Notes under the pieces: generated by a model
Told to the model about the DNA's origin: nothing
The model's database searches: none
The model's input: only the letters and a program-made list of their open reading frames with translations
Translations under genes and position numbers: made by a program
Source of the DNA: a virus
Lineage: Duplodnaviria; Heunggongvirae; Uroviricota; Caudoviricetes
Length of the DNA stretch: 47,954 bases
Virus record (IMG/VR): IMGVR_UViG_3300020200_000004
Strand: one strand, 5' to 3'
Shown: positions 18,292-29,862 of the stretch, in pieces
How the letters are laid out: each line of letters starts with the position of its first letter
How positions within the stretch are numbered: the stretch's first letter is position 1

Positions 18292-18382
18292 GATGCTGCA
18301 AGCTCTAAGCTATGGGCAGATAAGTCCGAAAAATGAGGTGGGTGGAGACTGGCGTTGAACCACATTAAATCAAGGAAATAAA

Positions 18383-19306
18383 ATGGGTCTTACCGTACAT
18401 TATCGCCTTAAATCTAATCAAACTGAAGTCAAGGAAACAGTTGCCAAGATGCGTCAGTTGGCCCTTGATCTGCCATTTGAACAAGTCAGCGAAATCTTTG
18501 AATTAAGTGGTGACGAATGCAATTATGAAAATTATCGTATAGAAAATGAAGAAAACGAAATGCTGCGATGGATGCTAATTCAAGCTGAAGAAAGCGTTAC
18601 TTGTCCTTGGAATAAGAATTGCAGTCGGCGTGTTGGTCCTACTAAAGTTATTGCTTTTAGTGCATGGCCTGGAAATGGGAGTGAACCGGCTAACATCGGT
18701 CTTTGCAAATTCCCAGAAAGCATAGAATGGGAATATAAGCCAAAAGATGATAGGCATTTTTGTTCCCCTACGGTTGATGGTTGGCATAGGTTTGATTATG
18801 ATAAATGGGTTAAATTGCGGGACAAGCCTACTAAGTGGTTTACTCCTGGCTTTATTCCTGATAATTGCCATAAAACTTATAATATTTCAACTAAATTGAA
18901 GGGTTGGGAATGGTCGTCCTTCTGTAAAACTCAATATGCTAGCTCGCCAGAATGCGGTGGGGTTCCTAATTTTCTACGTTGCCATATTAGCCTTATCACT
19001 TTGCTTGAAAGGATTGAGAAACTACCTGGGGTAAAAGTTAAGATTTCTGATGAAGGTAGTTATGGTGGTCCTGAAGGCAAACATAGTCCATCAGAATTGG
19101 CTAAGGAAGTTGGTGATTGGAATGGTATGATTGCTGCTTTTGCTGGAGTATTAAAGGATTCTATGGGGGATAATTTAATTGTTTCTCCTATCCATGAATT
19201 CTCTAACTTTGAACAATTGGAATTCGCTGGAAGCAAAGCGGCTAATGTTGATAATTTCTTAAAGGCAATGAAGGAAATTGCAAAGAAAACTACGGTGGCA
19301 GAATGA
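18383..19306 (+). CDS. hypothetical protein (307 aa)
   Basis: Long ORF with AAGGA RBS; FCKTQYAS..GGVPNFLRCH segment. Confidence 0.8.
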   Translation: MGLTVHYRLKSNQTEVKETVAKMRQLALDLPFEQVSEIFELSGDECNYENYRIENEENEMLRWMLIQAEESVTCPWNKNCSRRVGPTKVIAFSAWPGNGSEPANIGLCKFPESIEWEYKPKDDRHFCSPTVDGWHRFDYDKWVKLRDKPTKWFTPGFIPDNCHKTYNISTKLKGWEWSSFCKTQYASSPECGGVPNFLRCHISLITLLERIEKLPGVKVKISDEGSYGGPEGKHSPSELAKEVGDWNGMIAAFAGVLKDSMGDNLIVSPIHEFSNFEQLEFAGSKAANVDNFLKAMKEIAKKTTVAE

Positions 19307-19599
19307 AAAAGCAAAAAGAAGTAACAATTCTTTTCAGTAATCGGCTTATGACAAGATTCATGCAAGATGCCGATATGTTTGAAAAGTTTAAAGTTATGAT
19401 TTGTCCACCCGTTAAAGCCAAAGTTGTTCCTGGCTTTGGTAAAAAAAATATTAAAGCTATTGAAAAGCAATGCCAAGATAGCGAATATGATCTTGTAGCA
19501 GTTTATGATGAAAATACTGTCTATTATCGTAATCCTGGTGTAAAAGTGGTCAGTACAGGCACTAATTGGAGTTTGCTGGACGACTACATGCAACTTTAA
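19303..19599 (+). CDS. hypothetical protein
   Basis: Stop is the TAA of motif B. Confidence 0.65.
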   Translation: MKKQKEVTILFSNRLMTRFMQDADMFEKFKVMICPPVKAKVVPGFGKKNIKAIEKQCQDSEYDLVAVYDENTVYYRNPGVKVVSTGTNWSLLDDYMQL

Positions 19600-19616
19600 T
19601 TGTACCAAGCAACCTT

Positions 19617-19879
19617 ATGAAAGAAACACGAATTGCCGATCAAGTTAGGAAATATCCAAATTTACCTAACAACTTGAAGTGCGCCAAATTAACAACGAGG
19701 AATTTCATGATTGGATTATGTAAAATTACTTTGAGGATGCTGAAAAATTCTTTTATGCAATGAAATGGCCAGAAGGCTTGCATTATTGCTTTAAGAGTAG
19801 AGGTTATACTATTAAGACAGCTTATCCAATGTTGGAAAGAAATGTCTATAACTGGCCAACTATTTTGCTTGATGTTTAA
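19617..19879 (+). pseudogene. Decayed cassette gene
   Basis: Starts after motif B; frameshift plus internal TAA; second frame ends at the next motif TAA. Confidence 0.45.
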
Positions 19880-19905
19880 TTGTACCAAGGAAACTAAAAA
19901 GGAGA

Positions 19906-20754
19906 ATGAAAATGAGTGATCTGTTGAAGCAACTGAACAAGACTGCTAAGAATACCAAGTCTGCCCCGAAGAATGAACGTCCTACTATGGAAGTTCCGCC
20001 AGAGGCGTTGGAAGCTTTTAAGCGGCTTGTTGGTGCTAATTCTGTTTTGGATGTGTGTGAGGCCCGTAAGGAAGTTGAGGCAACTTACGTCAATGGCATT
20101 ATGCTTGATGCCTTTTCGGAAAGTGTTTTCAAGAATGGGACTCAGCCTGCTAACCCCCGTTTTGAGGTTAGTGTGAATGGTAAGCCTGACATGAGTGGGC
20201 TTTTCCAGGTCCAAACTCGTTTCAAAATTAATATCGAAGAGGGCTTGGATGAAGTTCAGAACAGGCTTATACTGGCCTTGAGGCTTGCTGGCTTGGATGA
20301 GGAACATGCCAAGGCTCTTGTGGAAAATGAAATTGATGTTGAGCCTGTTACTACTCTGCGTCCTTTTGATGAGTTAGTGAATGGCCATTATCAAGGAATG
20401 GGCAAGAATCGCACTTTCGTTGAGGCTACGGAAAAAGAAAAGGCTGTTGGCACAAAGCTTTTGAGTTTCGTTTTGGGTCAACCGGCTGAACCTTTTACGG
20501 ATGACGAAAGGGAAGTTGCTGTAGTTTCTAAGGAAAACATCAAGCCTAAGCCTGGATTCATGCAGCGGATTTGCAATTATGCTTCCAGTGTTGATGAAAT
20601 TAAGGCGATCTTCATGGTGATTAGTCCTACTCACTTTGTCAGTCATATGAAGTTTGCAATTTCTGATACTCCTGAACAACGGCAGACTCGCTTGATTGAA
20701 GAGGCTGCAAGGATTCTTGGAAGTGGCGAGTTTACTGCTAAGGAAGTTGCCTAA
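19906..20754 (+). CDS. hypothetical protein (282 aa)
   Basis: Motif B plus GGAG RBS upstream. Confidence 0.85.
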   Translation: MKMSDLLKQLNKTAKNTKSAPKNERPTMEVPPEALEAFKRLVGANSVLDVCEARKEVEATYVNGIMLDAFSESVFKNGTQPANPRFEVSVNGKPDMSGLFQVQTRFKINIEEGLDEVQNRLILALRLAGLDEEHAKALVENEIDVEPVTTLRPFDELVNGHYQGMGKNRTFVEATEKEKAVGTKLLSFVLGQPAEPFTDDEREVAVVSKENIKPKPGFMQRICNYASSVDEIKAIFMVISPTHFVSHMKFAISDTPEQRQTRLIEEAARILGSGEFTAKEVA

Positions 20755-21032
20755 TGGAATGGTATCACTGGTTAATGATTGTCGCAGGTATTCTATGGAC
20801 TATCTGCGCAATCATTAACTATTACATTCTTAAAAAGATGGGCATGGATGTAGTTTTAAGGGGTGAAGGTGGTCACTTTTGGCTATTCTTTGCCCCTTAT
20901 TGGGTAATTCCTAACATTCAAATGTATCGTTGGTGGAAAGAGGATGAGCCGCCTGATCTTAGCGATTTAATTACCAATGCAGAAGAATACTTGTCGAAGC
21001 ATAAACCAAATCATTTAAAAGAAAATGAATGA
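20754..21032 (+). CDS. putative membrane protein
   Basis: Hydrophobic N-terminal helix. Confidence 0.55.
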   Translation: MEWYHWLMIVAGILWTICAIINYYILKKMGMDVVLRGEGGHFWLFFAPYWVIPNIQMYRWWKEDEPPDLSDLITNAEEYLSKHKPNHLKENE

Positions 21033-21060
21033 AGTAAAACCAGAATTAAAGGATTGATCC

Positions 21061-21465
21061 ATGCTTGATTCAGCCGTTAGTAAATTAGAAGCTACAATTG
21101 GTAAGTTAAGCGATGCGGCTAAAGAAATAGATACCATTCTAGCTGTCAATAAGCTTGATGTGGAAGATTTTTCTGTAAAATTTAAGAAAATCTCCCCTCA
21201 AACTCAAGACTACATTGATGCTTATAAGAAATTAGGATTAAAGCGGCATAGCGACGAATTAACGTTTGAGGCTAAGTGTGAACAAGCCAAGGAAGCTGGT
21301 TTGGTGCAATTATCTGAAGAGGAAATTGTCAGAATGCTTTATCCAAAAACTAATATATTTAAAGCTGGGTCACGCACGGAAACTTGTTCATCTCAATTCT
21401 ACGATCCTTTCTTTGAACGCACATACGCTATAGAAGAATGGAAGATAAGAACTTTCGATTTTTAA
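21061..21465 (+). CDS. hypothetical protein
   Basis: 134-aa ORF. Confidence 0.6.
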   Translation: MLDSAVSKLEATIGKLSDAAKEIDTILAVNKLDVEDFSVKFKKISPQTQDYIDAYKKLGLKRHSDELTFEAKCEQAKEAGLVQLSEEEIVRMLYPKTNIFKAGSRTETCSSQFYDPFFERTYAIEEWKIRTFDF

Positions 21466-21586
21466 GTTTTGCATCTGCCGGAAAAGAGCCAGTTTGTTTG
21501 ACCGCTGCATTAACTCATGGGCATTATTTTTCTGGTCGTGATTTGTGGCAAAATAAAATTAAATTTGCACATTTTTTCGTAGGTAA

Positions 21587-22033
21587 ATGGTAGTGAATAA
21601 ATGGCGGTTTGTTAGATATATTGATGATGGACATAATTCCTTTCAATGCCTCAAGTGCAAGGAATTCTTTACTGCTGCATCTGGGCCTGAAAACCCTAAA
21701 TGGTTATACTGTCCTATGTGCGGCAGTAAATGGGCAGGCAAGCATGAATGCAAAGAACAGCATGATAGAATCTATGCGTCATCTGTTCCTTCTAGTCGCT
21801 ATTGGGTGATTGAATGTAGAACTATTTGGGGTGGCGTTCCGCAAGAATGGAAGCAAGAAAGAGCATTGCCTTTAAGCTGGCCTGCTAAGCAAGTTTATGA
21901 TATGCTTAAGGAAATGAGGGATGTTGAACCCGATGATGTAGATTGGGGGAGAACATTAAGGTTTGAATATCGTGTGAGAATTGTTAGTGAAGTTTATTCC
22001 AAGTGGTCCGAATACCATACAAGACAATGGTGA
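21587..22033 (+). CDS. zinc-ribbon-containing hypothetical protein
   Basis: CLKC...CPMC pairs. Confidence 0.65.
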   Translation: MVVNKWRFVRYIDDGHNSFQCLKCKEFFTAASGPENPKWLYCPMCGSKWAGKHECKEQHDRIYASSVPSSRYWVIECRTIWGGVPQEWKQERALPLSWPAKQVYDMLKEMRDVEPDDVDWGRTLRFEYRVRIVSEVYSKWSEYHTRQW

Positions 22034-22036
22034 AAA

Positions 22037-22420
22037 ATGAATGTTAATTTGAATGAAGAAGAATACAATTTGATTAAAAAAATGAGGAAAGATAAAGCAG
22101 AAAATGAATGGAAACCTAGAACATTAAGTGAAATATCAGTGAGTGAAAGACTTGAGCAATTTAACAAACTATATCAAATGGCCTTGGATGAATATAAGTA
22201 TGTTTTGGAGAATGGTTGTCAATCGAAAGACATTGATAATTATATGTTTGAAGCCGTGATGCAGTTGCTAGATAAAGACATTTGGGAACACGATAAACAA
22301 AACCATAGCAAACTGTCTATGCGTATTATCGCCAAGCCTGAAATAAAATTAACTACGCAAACTGTTAGTGCTGCTTGGCCTGCTGATGTCTCAAAAGTCA
22401 ATTGTACCAAGCAAATTTAA
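22037..22420 (+). CDS. hypothetical protein
   Basis: 127-aa ORF reading through a motif B variant (NCTK). Confidence 0.55.
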   Translation: MNVNLNEEEYNLIKKMRKDKAENEWKPRTLSEISVSERLEQFNKLYQMALDEYKYVLENGCQSKDIDNYMFEAVMQLLDKDIWEHDKQNHSKLSMRIIAKPEIKLTTQTVSAAWPADVSKVNCTKQI

Positions 22421-22502
22421 CTATTGACCAATTACAAAGCAAATCAAAGAAGAAATGGCAGTACGAAAGAGATTATCTGCCATATGATGAGGATGATAGA
22501 AG

Positions 22503-23633
22503 ATGAACGAAATTGGTATTGGCCATGCAAGCACAATGACGATTGAGAAAACTACCCATAAAACCGAAGTGGTCAGGGTGGATGAACTCATTAAAGTTGC
22601 AAATTCTGACCGGCTTTCTACAGTTAAAGTTTATGATTATGCCAGTGTCGTTTTAACTAATGAATGGCAACCTGGCGATCTTGCTGCCTGGATTCAACCT
22701 GATAGCGTTGTTGACGTTACTAGGCCAGAATTCGCTTTTCTTGCTCCTAAAGCTACTGATAATAAGGTCCGCATTCGTACTACCCGTTTGCGTGGCGTTC
22801 TTTCCTATGGTTTGCTAGTTAAAGCGCCTGTTGGTTCAAAGATTGGTGATGACGTTTCTGAAGCTTTGGGCGTTGTTCATTGGGAACCTGATGAAACCCC
22901 TGGATTCTCTGTGCATGGTGGAGAAAACGCAAAATCTCCAAGTGGTGTTTTTCCTACTTATGACGTTGATGCTTATCTTAAGTTTGGCCGTTTAGTATTT
23001 GTGCCAGGTGAGCCTGTTTTTATTACAGAGAAAATCCAAGGCGCAAATGGCAAATGCGTTTTTAAAGACGGTCAACAATATTGCGGCACAAGGACTCAAT
23101 GGAAAAAGGAATTTCCGAGTAAGCCTACACAAACTTACGAAGAAATCCTTGCGCAATTTGAAAATGATGAAGCTAAGGCTAAATCTGCATGGAGAAAGAT
23201 TGAGAATTGGAAACCCAAGCGTAGTCGATGGTGGTCAGCTTTTCATAATTCTCCAGGGATTAGTGAGTTTTGCAAAGCTAATCCAGGCTATGCCCTTTAT
23301 GGAGAAGTTTATGGTCAAGTGGGTGGCTATCATTATGGTATTGAAAATGGAGAAAGTAAATTTTTCGCTTTTGACATTCTAACTCCAGATGGCCAATGGC
23401 TTGATTTCCCTAATTTTCTAGATAAAATTAATGAATTCGGTATACCTCATGTGCCGATTCTTCATCAAGCGTTTCCTTTTGATTTCGATGCAATAAGTGA
23501 AATGGCTAATGGACATAGCTTAGTCCCAAATGCCGAGAACATCAGGGAAGGTGTTGTAGTTGGCACAGTGAAGGAACGTTGGGATGAAAGACTTGGCCGA
23601 GTTAAACTTAAAGTAATTAACCCGGATTATTGA
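22503..23633 (+). CDS. RNA ligase, DRB0094/Rnl2-like family
   Basis: N-terminal ANSDRL..WQPGD..PDSVV module; TEKIQG (motif I), YGEVYG, FAFDI, REGVVV and KLKVINPDY. Confidence 0.88.
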   Translation: MNEIGIGHASTMTIEKTTHKTEVVRVDELIKVANSDRLSTVKVYDYASVVLTNEWQPGDLAAWIQPDSVVDVTRPEFAFLAPKATDNKVRIRTTRLRGVLSYGLLVKAPVGSKIGDDVSEALGVVHWEPDETPGFSVHGGENAKSPSGVFPTYDVDAYLKFGRLVFVPGEPVFITEKIQGANGKCVFKDGQQYCGTRTQWKKEFPSKPTQTYEEILAQFENDEAKAKSAWRKIENWKPKRSRWWSAFHNSPGISEFCKANPGYALYGEVYGQVGGYHYGIENGESKFFAFDILTPDGQWLDFPNFLDKINEFGIPHVPILHQAFPFDFDAISEMANGHSLVPNAENIREGVVVGTVKERWDERLGRVKLKVINPDY

Positions 23634-23660
23634 TGTTTGGCAACCAGTTTTAGGTGAAGA

Positions 23661-26000
23661 ATGTCCATGATGAATGCCGATGGGCCTGTGCGCTGCCCTA
23701 GCTGTAAACCACATAAGAATAAAAAAGGTAAGATTATAGGCCCAAATCTTACATTATCGGAAAGTAATTATTCCGGTTATGGCGTGGATATGGCTAATTG
23801 TCCAGAATGCGGCAAAGGATTTCAAATTAGCTTTAAAATTGACAAAATTGAGCGAGCGCCTTCCTGGGATGTTGATCTTGTAGCCGAAGAAGAAGCCAAT
23901 AAAGAATACAGGAAAAAAAACATTGAACGGTTAGAAGAAGAATTAAGAAAAGCAAAGGAAAGTGTGTTATAAATGCAAAAAATTTATGCAGCTATGTGCG
24001 ATTTTAATGGATTGGTTGGTTATGACCTAACTGAAGGCAAAGGCGGAATGGTAGTCATTGGTTATTTTCTTAATCAAGCTGATGCCCTTTACGCTACAAA
24101 AGGTTGGGGTGTAATGGGTTACGGCGATGGAGAAGTAAAAGAACTAAACCTTTATAGTTCAGTAGAAGATTGGGAAAAGCACGAAAAACTTAAATTAAAG
24201 GCAAGTGCATTAGCTAAATTGACTCTAGAAGAACGTAAAGCTTTGGGATTTTAATTGTACCAAGTGAAGCCATGAACTACACAGTAAACTATTTGCGAAG
24301 TCTTGGTTTTGAAGCCAAGTGGGCTAAGATTGGTGGTCGGCCTATTCTTATGGCACGTAACCCATTAGCAAAACACCTTCATCAACGAACAACTTGGTGG
24401 GTTATTGATAATCAAATGTGGGAAATGGCTAAAGAAATTGGCTTTCCCGCTGCTTTTGATAACTCTACTTTGCTTGGCGATCTATTCAATATGCCAGCTT
24501 GAGGATTAAATGAAGTTCAAGAATGGTGATGTTGTTGTTTTTGAACCTAAGAACTTCAACAAGAAATATTGGGCTGAGCTTTCAGAAAAGGATAGAATTA
24601 GGTATTATGGCCCTTTAGGTTATGGCCGCAAGAAACCAAAGCTATTCATCTATATGACAAATATTAATGCAATGGAAAATGGCAAGAGATATGACACATG
24701 CCATTGCGTTTTGTTGGATATGGATGATGGACATTTGGAGTATAATGATTGATACTTGCTTTTGATGGGGTTGACACGTATCCTTGAAACCAAAATTCCT
24801 CCAAGCTGTTAAGGAATAAATTATGTCATTTGATACTAAAGGAACTATTGGCAAGAAACCATGCGAAATTTCATTAAATGCAATATTGGCCGAGCAAAAG
24901 AATGGCAAATTAAGCGGCAATTTACTTAGCCTTTTGCAAAAATTCAAGAAAATATTGCTTTTTCTAGGGACTGCTGATTCACCTTATACTAAATTTCTGG
25001 CAGATTTGGCTAGGCAACATTCAGAAAAAAGGTTATCGGACATTACTGGAGTTAAGCTTAAAGGCGTCCCGATAACAAATAAAGTTGCTTCTCATGCATT
25101 AAGTTGTATGAGGGCTTATTATAGAGAATTTCTAACAAGCAAGAGGAAGTTTAAATGATTTGTTGTTATTGCGAACAAAGAAAGAAAGCATCTAAGAAAG
25201 ACCCGGAATTTTGCCAAGAATGTTATAACGACATTGAAAATCGGCGTAAGAACGTAATGAAACATGCCGATGCCGTTGTAGGACTTTCTAGGCATACCAA
25301 TATGACTCGCAAGGAAAATGTAGCCGCATTTCTTGGCGTTTTCCATCCAGAAATGAATCAGCGTAGGGTTCATAAAATTCTTAGCTTAGTTAAGGGATAA
25401 CATGCCTGAAACTATCCAATATGGTTTAATGACTCTAGATGGCGAGTTGGCAAGATTTAGCTACCACGGATATCATGATGGGTATTATACTTTAAGTGAT
25501 AATAAAAATGATCCTGTTTGGCTAGTAAGTAATCCAGAATATGTATCTGACACTTTATATGAAAACGTCCCGTATTATAATAGTAACTATAATAGACCAT
25601 CCTGGGGACCATTTAAGAGAAACGAATTGCTGCCAGCTAAATTAACTTCCATATTGGCAGATGCATCCGAAGTTAATTTGCATTTGAATGTTTCTACGTT
25701 AAACTATAGAGACTTATTGCCTAATGTACTTAAAATGTATACTAAGACTGTAGAAACTACCAATACTTATTTTGTTGGTGTTTTGTCTGAGCAAACTGTA
25801 GAAGAATTAAAGCCTTATATTGGCAAGATTGTATGTTTTGATTCATTGCACAATAAACGTAAAGTATTGGATGTTATAGAAGTGCCAGATGAATATCCAA
25901 GGGAAGTTATTTGTGAGGCAATTTAATTGTACTAAGGGAAACATGGTTAATGATCGTCTTTGGAAAATTAAAAAATGGCGGAAGTATTGGGAAAATAAAT
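23661..26000 (+). other. Run of small hypothetical ORFs (23661-23972, 23973-24254, 24272-24502, 24510-24752, 24823-25158, 25155-25400, 25402-25926)
   Basis: Co-oriented and tightly packed; two end at motif B TAA. Confidence 0.6.
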
Positions 26001-26166
26001 GACTGTAAATTTACCTATTAGAATTGCGGCAGAAGTAACACGGTTTCTTACATTGAATTGTAGGAAATTCACTTGCATTTATAAACCTTCTGCAACTTCT
26101 GATATTACTGTAAGCGAAGAAGATAAAGACTTTTTGGAAGAACTAATTAATTCAATTCATCTATAA

Positions 26167-27294
26167 ATGTTAAAAGTTCAAGAATATTTAGCTTCCAATT
26201 CTATTGAAAAGCTAATTGAAGAATTCCATATCATCGTCACCAAGGATGATACGTCTCCGTTGATTATCCTTAACTATGATCAAATCGAATCAAGTCCTAA
26301 GAACCATCCTGTCATTAGGGAATGTCGTGGGTTAGTATTAGATTCTACGGATTATTCATTAGTAGCTCGCAGCTTTTTACGGTTTTTTAATTGGGGAGAA
26401 CAAGCTGACGAAATGCCCTTATTCAACTTCAATAAATTCTATGTAAATGAAAAAGTCGATGGAAGTTTAGTAATCGTTTTCAACTACAAAGGCCAGTGGT
26501 TTGCTAATACCAGAGGTTCATTTGGTCGCAACTTGATGCAATTTACTGATTTCACTTGGCAAGATGCTTTTTGTCAGGCATTAGGGATCAATACGCTTCA
26601 AGAACTAAAACTTGACCCTGCATATACTTATGTTTGTGAATATTGCTCGCCTTTCAATAAGATTGTTCGTCATTATTCCAAACCAGTAATGTATTTGTTG
26701 ACGATGTTCAAGGGAGAGCAAGAATTAACTCAAGATGAAGTAGATCAGGTAGGTTTCTTACGTCCTGAACGTTTTGCATTTACTAATATTGACGATATTT
26801 TAACCTTTTTGGTGGATAAATCGTCAGTTGATCCTACGTTTGAAGGAATTGTTAAGTGCGATGATGCTTTCAGGCGTTGGAAAGTGAAATCTAAGACTTA
26901 TGTTTCCCTTCACCATATGCGGGGGAACAATGGAGAAAATCTATATAATCCGAAATACTTGCTGCCGTTCATTCTGGCTGGAGAAACGGATGAAGTCACG
27001 AATTACTTTGAAGAAACTAAGGAAGTAATTGCCGATTATAAGAATCAAGTTGACATTCATTTTGCCAACATGATGAAAGTTTGGGAAGCGGCTAAAGATA
27101 TTACTGTCCAAAAGGATTTCGCTTTAGCTATTGTTGGCAAAACTCCGTTTACTGGTTTTTTGTTTGAAGCTAGAAAGAAAGGTGTTAATCCTTCTCTTTT
27201 GTGGCGTAGTGGAGAAGATGCTATCCTTAAACATTTAAAAACACCTAGCTTTGTCAAGGCAAAACTAGAGGCAATGGAGAACCAAAATGTCTAA
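26167..27294 (+). CDS. RNA ligase, T4 Rnl1-like
   Basis: IILNY..RECRGLVL, NEKVDGS (motif I), CEY, FEGIV and KVKSKTY. Confidence 0.88.
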   Translation: MLKVQEYLASNSIEKLIEEFHIIVTKDDTSPLIILNYDQIESSPKNHPVIRECRGLVLDSTDYSLVARSFLRFFNWGEQADEMPLFNFNKFYVNEKVDGSLVIVFNYKGQWFANTRGSFGRNLMQFTDFTWQDAFCQALGINTLQELKLDPAYTYVCEYCSPFNKIVRHYSKPVMYLLTMFKGEQELTQDEVDQVGFLRPERFAFTNIDDILTFLVDKSSVDPTFEGIVKCDDAFRRWKVKSKTYVSLHHMRGNNGENLYNPKYLLPFILAGETDEVTNYFEETKEVIADYKNQVDIHFANMMKVWEAAKDITVQKDFALAIVGKTPFTGFLFEARKKGVNPSLLWRSGEDAILKHLKTPSFVKAKLEAMENQNV

Positions 27295-28685
27295 TGTTGT
27301 AAGGATTGAAACTGGACAAGTTGAGGCTGAGGATATTGGTGGTGCATTGGATGCCATTAGACATTCTGAATGGCTGGACAACGATTTTAAGGGATTTTAC
27401 AATATTGTCGAACATACTTGTGCTGGCATATATGATACTAGCTGCGAAGCTTGTAATTTGGAGAAACCATGAAAATTTATATTGAAAATAACGGCGATAG
27501 TTCGGTTGGAATCTGGCCCGATACAGTTACCGTTGACTGGAATATTGATATTTCAAATTTCGATAAGGAAGAACGAGAGGAATTCCGCAAGTCTTTAAAG
27601 GAATTCTGGAATAATTGGCTTGCTTTTCCAGTTAATATGATTTATTTTGAGGATGAATGGCCTATTTGCGGCAGCGACTATGAATTAAAAGAAGTTTGCC
27701 CTGGTTGTAATGCTAGGCCCGGCGATGGTTATACGGAAAGTTGCAATGACCCACAAGGATGTGGTTTTTGGCGAAATGAACAAACAAACAGGTGATACAA
27801 TGCCGACTAAGAAAAAAATAATTGAAAAAGTGAAAATTCCTAGTTTAAAGGAATTTAAAAAGCGATATAATCAAATGAGCCTCTATTTCCAAGAGGAATT
27901 CAATGAGCAAATGAGCAAGATTCAAAATGTCCTTGATGATCTGAATGACCTAGAAAGTGAAATTTCAGATTACAACGATGAATTGAATGATCTTTATAAT
28001 GAAGTTATGGATGAACCAAAACATCAAGTATTGCTCAAGGAAATTAGTAAAAATGAACCTAGCAATGCTTTGTATACTCTGCAAGATACCTGCGAATCCA
28101 TTGAAAGAAATGCATCAGTTATAGCAAAAAAGAACTTTGTTATGGACTATGTTTAAAATAAATGTTGTTTTTAGGAAGTGGCCTCAATAACCATTTGAAC
28201 AGGAAGGATTTTGAAATGAAGATGACTGTGAAAGCATTGGCGGAAAGTCATGGCGTAGATTATGCAGCGGCACAAGGATTTGTTAAGTTTTTGCAAACTA
28301 AAAACTTGGCAACCGAAGCTGGAATGGAAAAAGCGCCGAGTGGCAAGGGTAAAGGCAGCGTTTTGTGGGATTTGCCTGATGAAGTGCAATTGACCCTTAA
28401 CGTCAAGGCTGTTGAAAAAACCGAACAATTGCCAGAAGTTAAGGCAGACAAGGATACTGCCCCGGAAGTTTAATTATCATGTCAATTACAACAAACGTTC
28501 AGGTGGATAAAACAATTGTTATTCACCTGAACGTTTCATCTTTTGAGGCTATCATTCATTCTTTAATTGGGAATAAAGTTCCTAAAGAAATTCGTGAAAA
28601 ATTAGCCAAAGACCTTCTATACCAAGCAAATAATGATTTAGCGTTAAAATTACATGAATGGAAATCCGTTGAAGATAATCTTTAA
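27287..28685 (+). other. Run of small hypothetical ORFs (27287-27472, 27469-27795, 27800-28156, 28216-28473, 28479-28685)
   Basis: Co-oriented; last stop is in a motif B variant. Confidence 0.6.
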
Positions 28686-28782
28686 TTGTACGCAAATACC
28701 AAAGTCCCTAATAATTTAGAAATTTAATTGTACCAAGCTCTCTTGTAACGAAATTTAACCCCTTAAACTAGGAGATTTTACT

Positions 28783-29628
28783 ATGTCTATCCGTTTGAAT
28801 GCTGGCGATGTGACCCGTTCCGATTTGTTCCTTATTGACCCTGAGAATATCATTGTTGACTATTCCCAAAATGGTCGCAAGTATGAAGTTTCTGATGCTG
28901 ATGTAATGGATTTGGTTGCTGGTTTTAAGAGTGAAGGCCAGCATACTCCCGTTCAAGTGCGGCGTGTTGCTGGTAAGAAGGTCCAGCTTGTATTCGGTTA
29001 TCGCCGCCACCATGCCGCAACTGTTTATAATCAGCTTAACCCAGATAATAAGATGCAGCTTAAGTGCATTGTGGCAAACGTCAATGAGGAAGATGCCCTT
29101 AAGCGTAATGCCAGTGAGAATATTGACCGTAAGCAATGTACTCCGGTTGACGTTGCCCATACTCAGCAAATTTTCCGTGAACGTCATGGCTGGACTGATA
29201 CTAAGATTGCTGAATTCTATCATTGCACCCCAGCTTATGTTGGTTTTCTTTCCAAGTTGATGCGTCTTGATAGTGAAACCCAACTTAAGGTTCATGAAGG
29301 TGTTTTGTCGGCAAAGGCGGCTGTTGATCTTTCTGATTTGCCTGAAAACGAGCAAAAGGAAGTTATGGCTACTCCTGTTGAACCTGGCGAGACTCTTAGC
29401 AATACCGTTACCAAGCGTGTTCGTGAAAAGAAGATTGAGGCGGGTGGACGGCAAGCCCGCAATATGAAGGAAGTTAAGGCATTCTTGGAGAGTTTGACTG
29501 GCCCGGCTGAAGATGCTAAGATAAAGTCCCTGGCTTTGACTATGCTTAAGTTTTGTCAGGGTTACTATAGCGATAAGGATATGGAAAATCGCTTGCGTGA
29601 AATTTTTGGTCTTTCTAAGGCAGCGTAA
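28783..29628 (+). CDS. ParB/Spo0J-like protein
   Basis: GQHTPVQVRR..LVFGYRRHHA, NASENIDRKQ..PVDVA, then an HTH-like TKIAEFY segment. Confidence 0.85.
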   Translation: MSIRLNAGDVTRSDLFLIDPENIIVDYSQNGRKYEVSDADVMDLVAGFKSEGQHTPVQVRRVAGKKVQLVFGYRRHHAATVYNQLNPDNKMQLKCIVANVNEEDALKRNASENIDRKQCTPVDVAHTQQIFRERHGWTDTKIAEFYHCTPAYVGFLSKLMRLDSETQLKVHEGVLSAKAAVDLSDLPENEQKEVMATPVEPGETLSNTVTKRVREKKIEAGGRQARNMKEVKAFLESLTGPAEDAKIKSLALTMLKFCQGYYSDKDMENRLREIFGLSKAA

Positions 29629-29638
29629 GTTTAAGGGG

Positions 29639-29673
29639 AAGCAAAGGGGATTCGTCCATCCCTTTTGCTTTTT
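29639..29673 (+). terminator. Intrinsic terminator
   Basis: AAGCAAAGGGGAT / ATCCCTTTTGCTT stem plus T-run. Confidence 0.8.
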
Positions 29674-29862
29674 AATTATGAACAAACTACCTAAACCTTC
29701 TGATCTGCGTTCTTTAACTAATGCTGCTATTAAACGTGGTGAGGAAAAGGAGCTATTGTGTGGGAACATTTAGCACAAGCAGATTTGAATGTATCTGTTG
29801 AAGAATGGCATGATGGCGGTGGCAAACGGCGGCAACCAGATTAATTGTACCAAAAGGCTGAT

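Noticed and set aside
18292-18375. Riboswitch or ncRNA in the leader of the 18383 gene
   Set aside because: Only short, unconvincing stems; no family recognised by eye.
28768-29769. 333-aa minus-strand ORF
   Set aside because: Antisense shadow of the ParB-like gene; likewise 41606-42280, 19060-19608 and most other minus-strand track ORFs.
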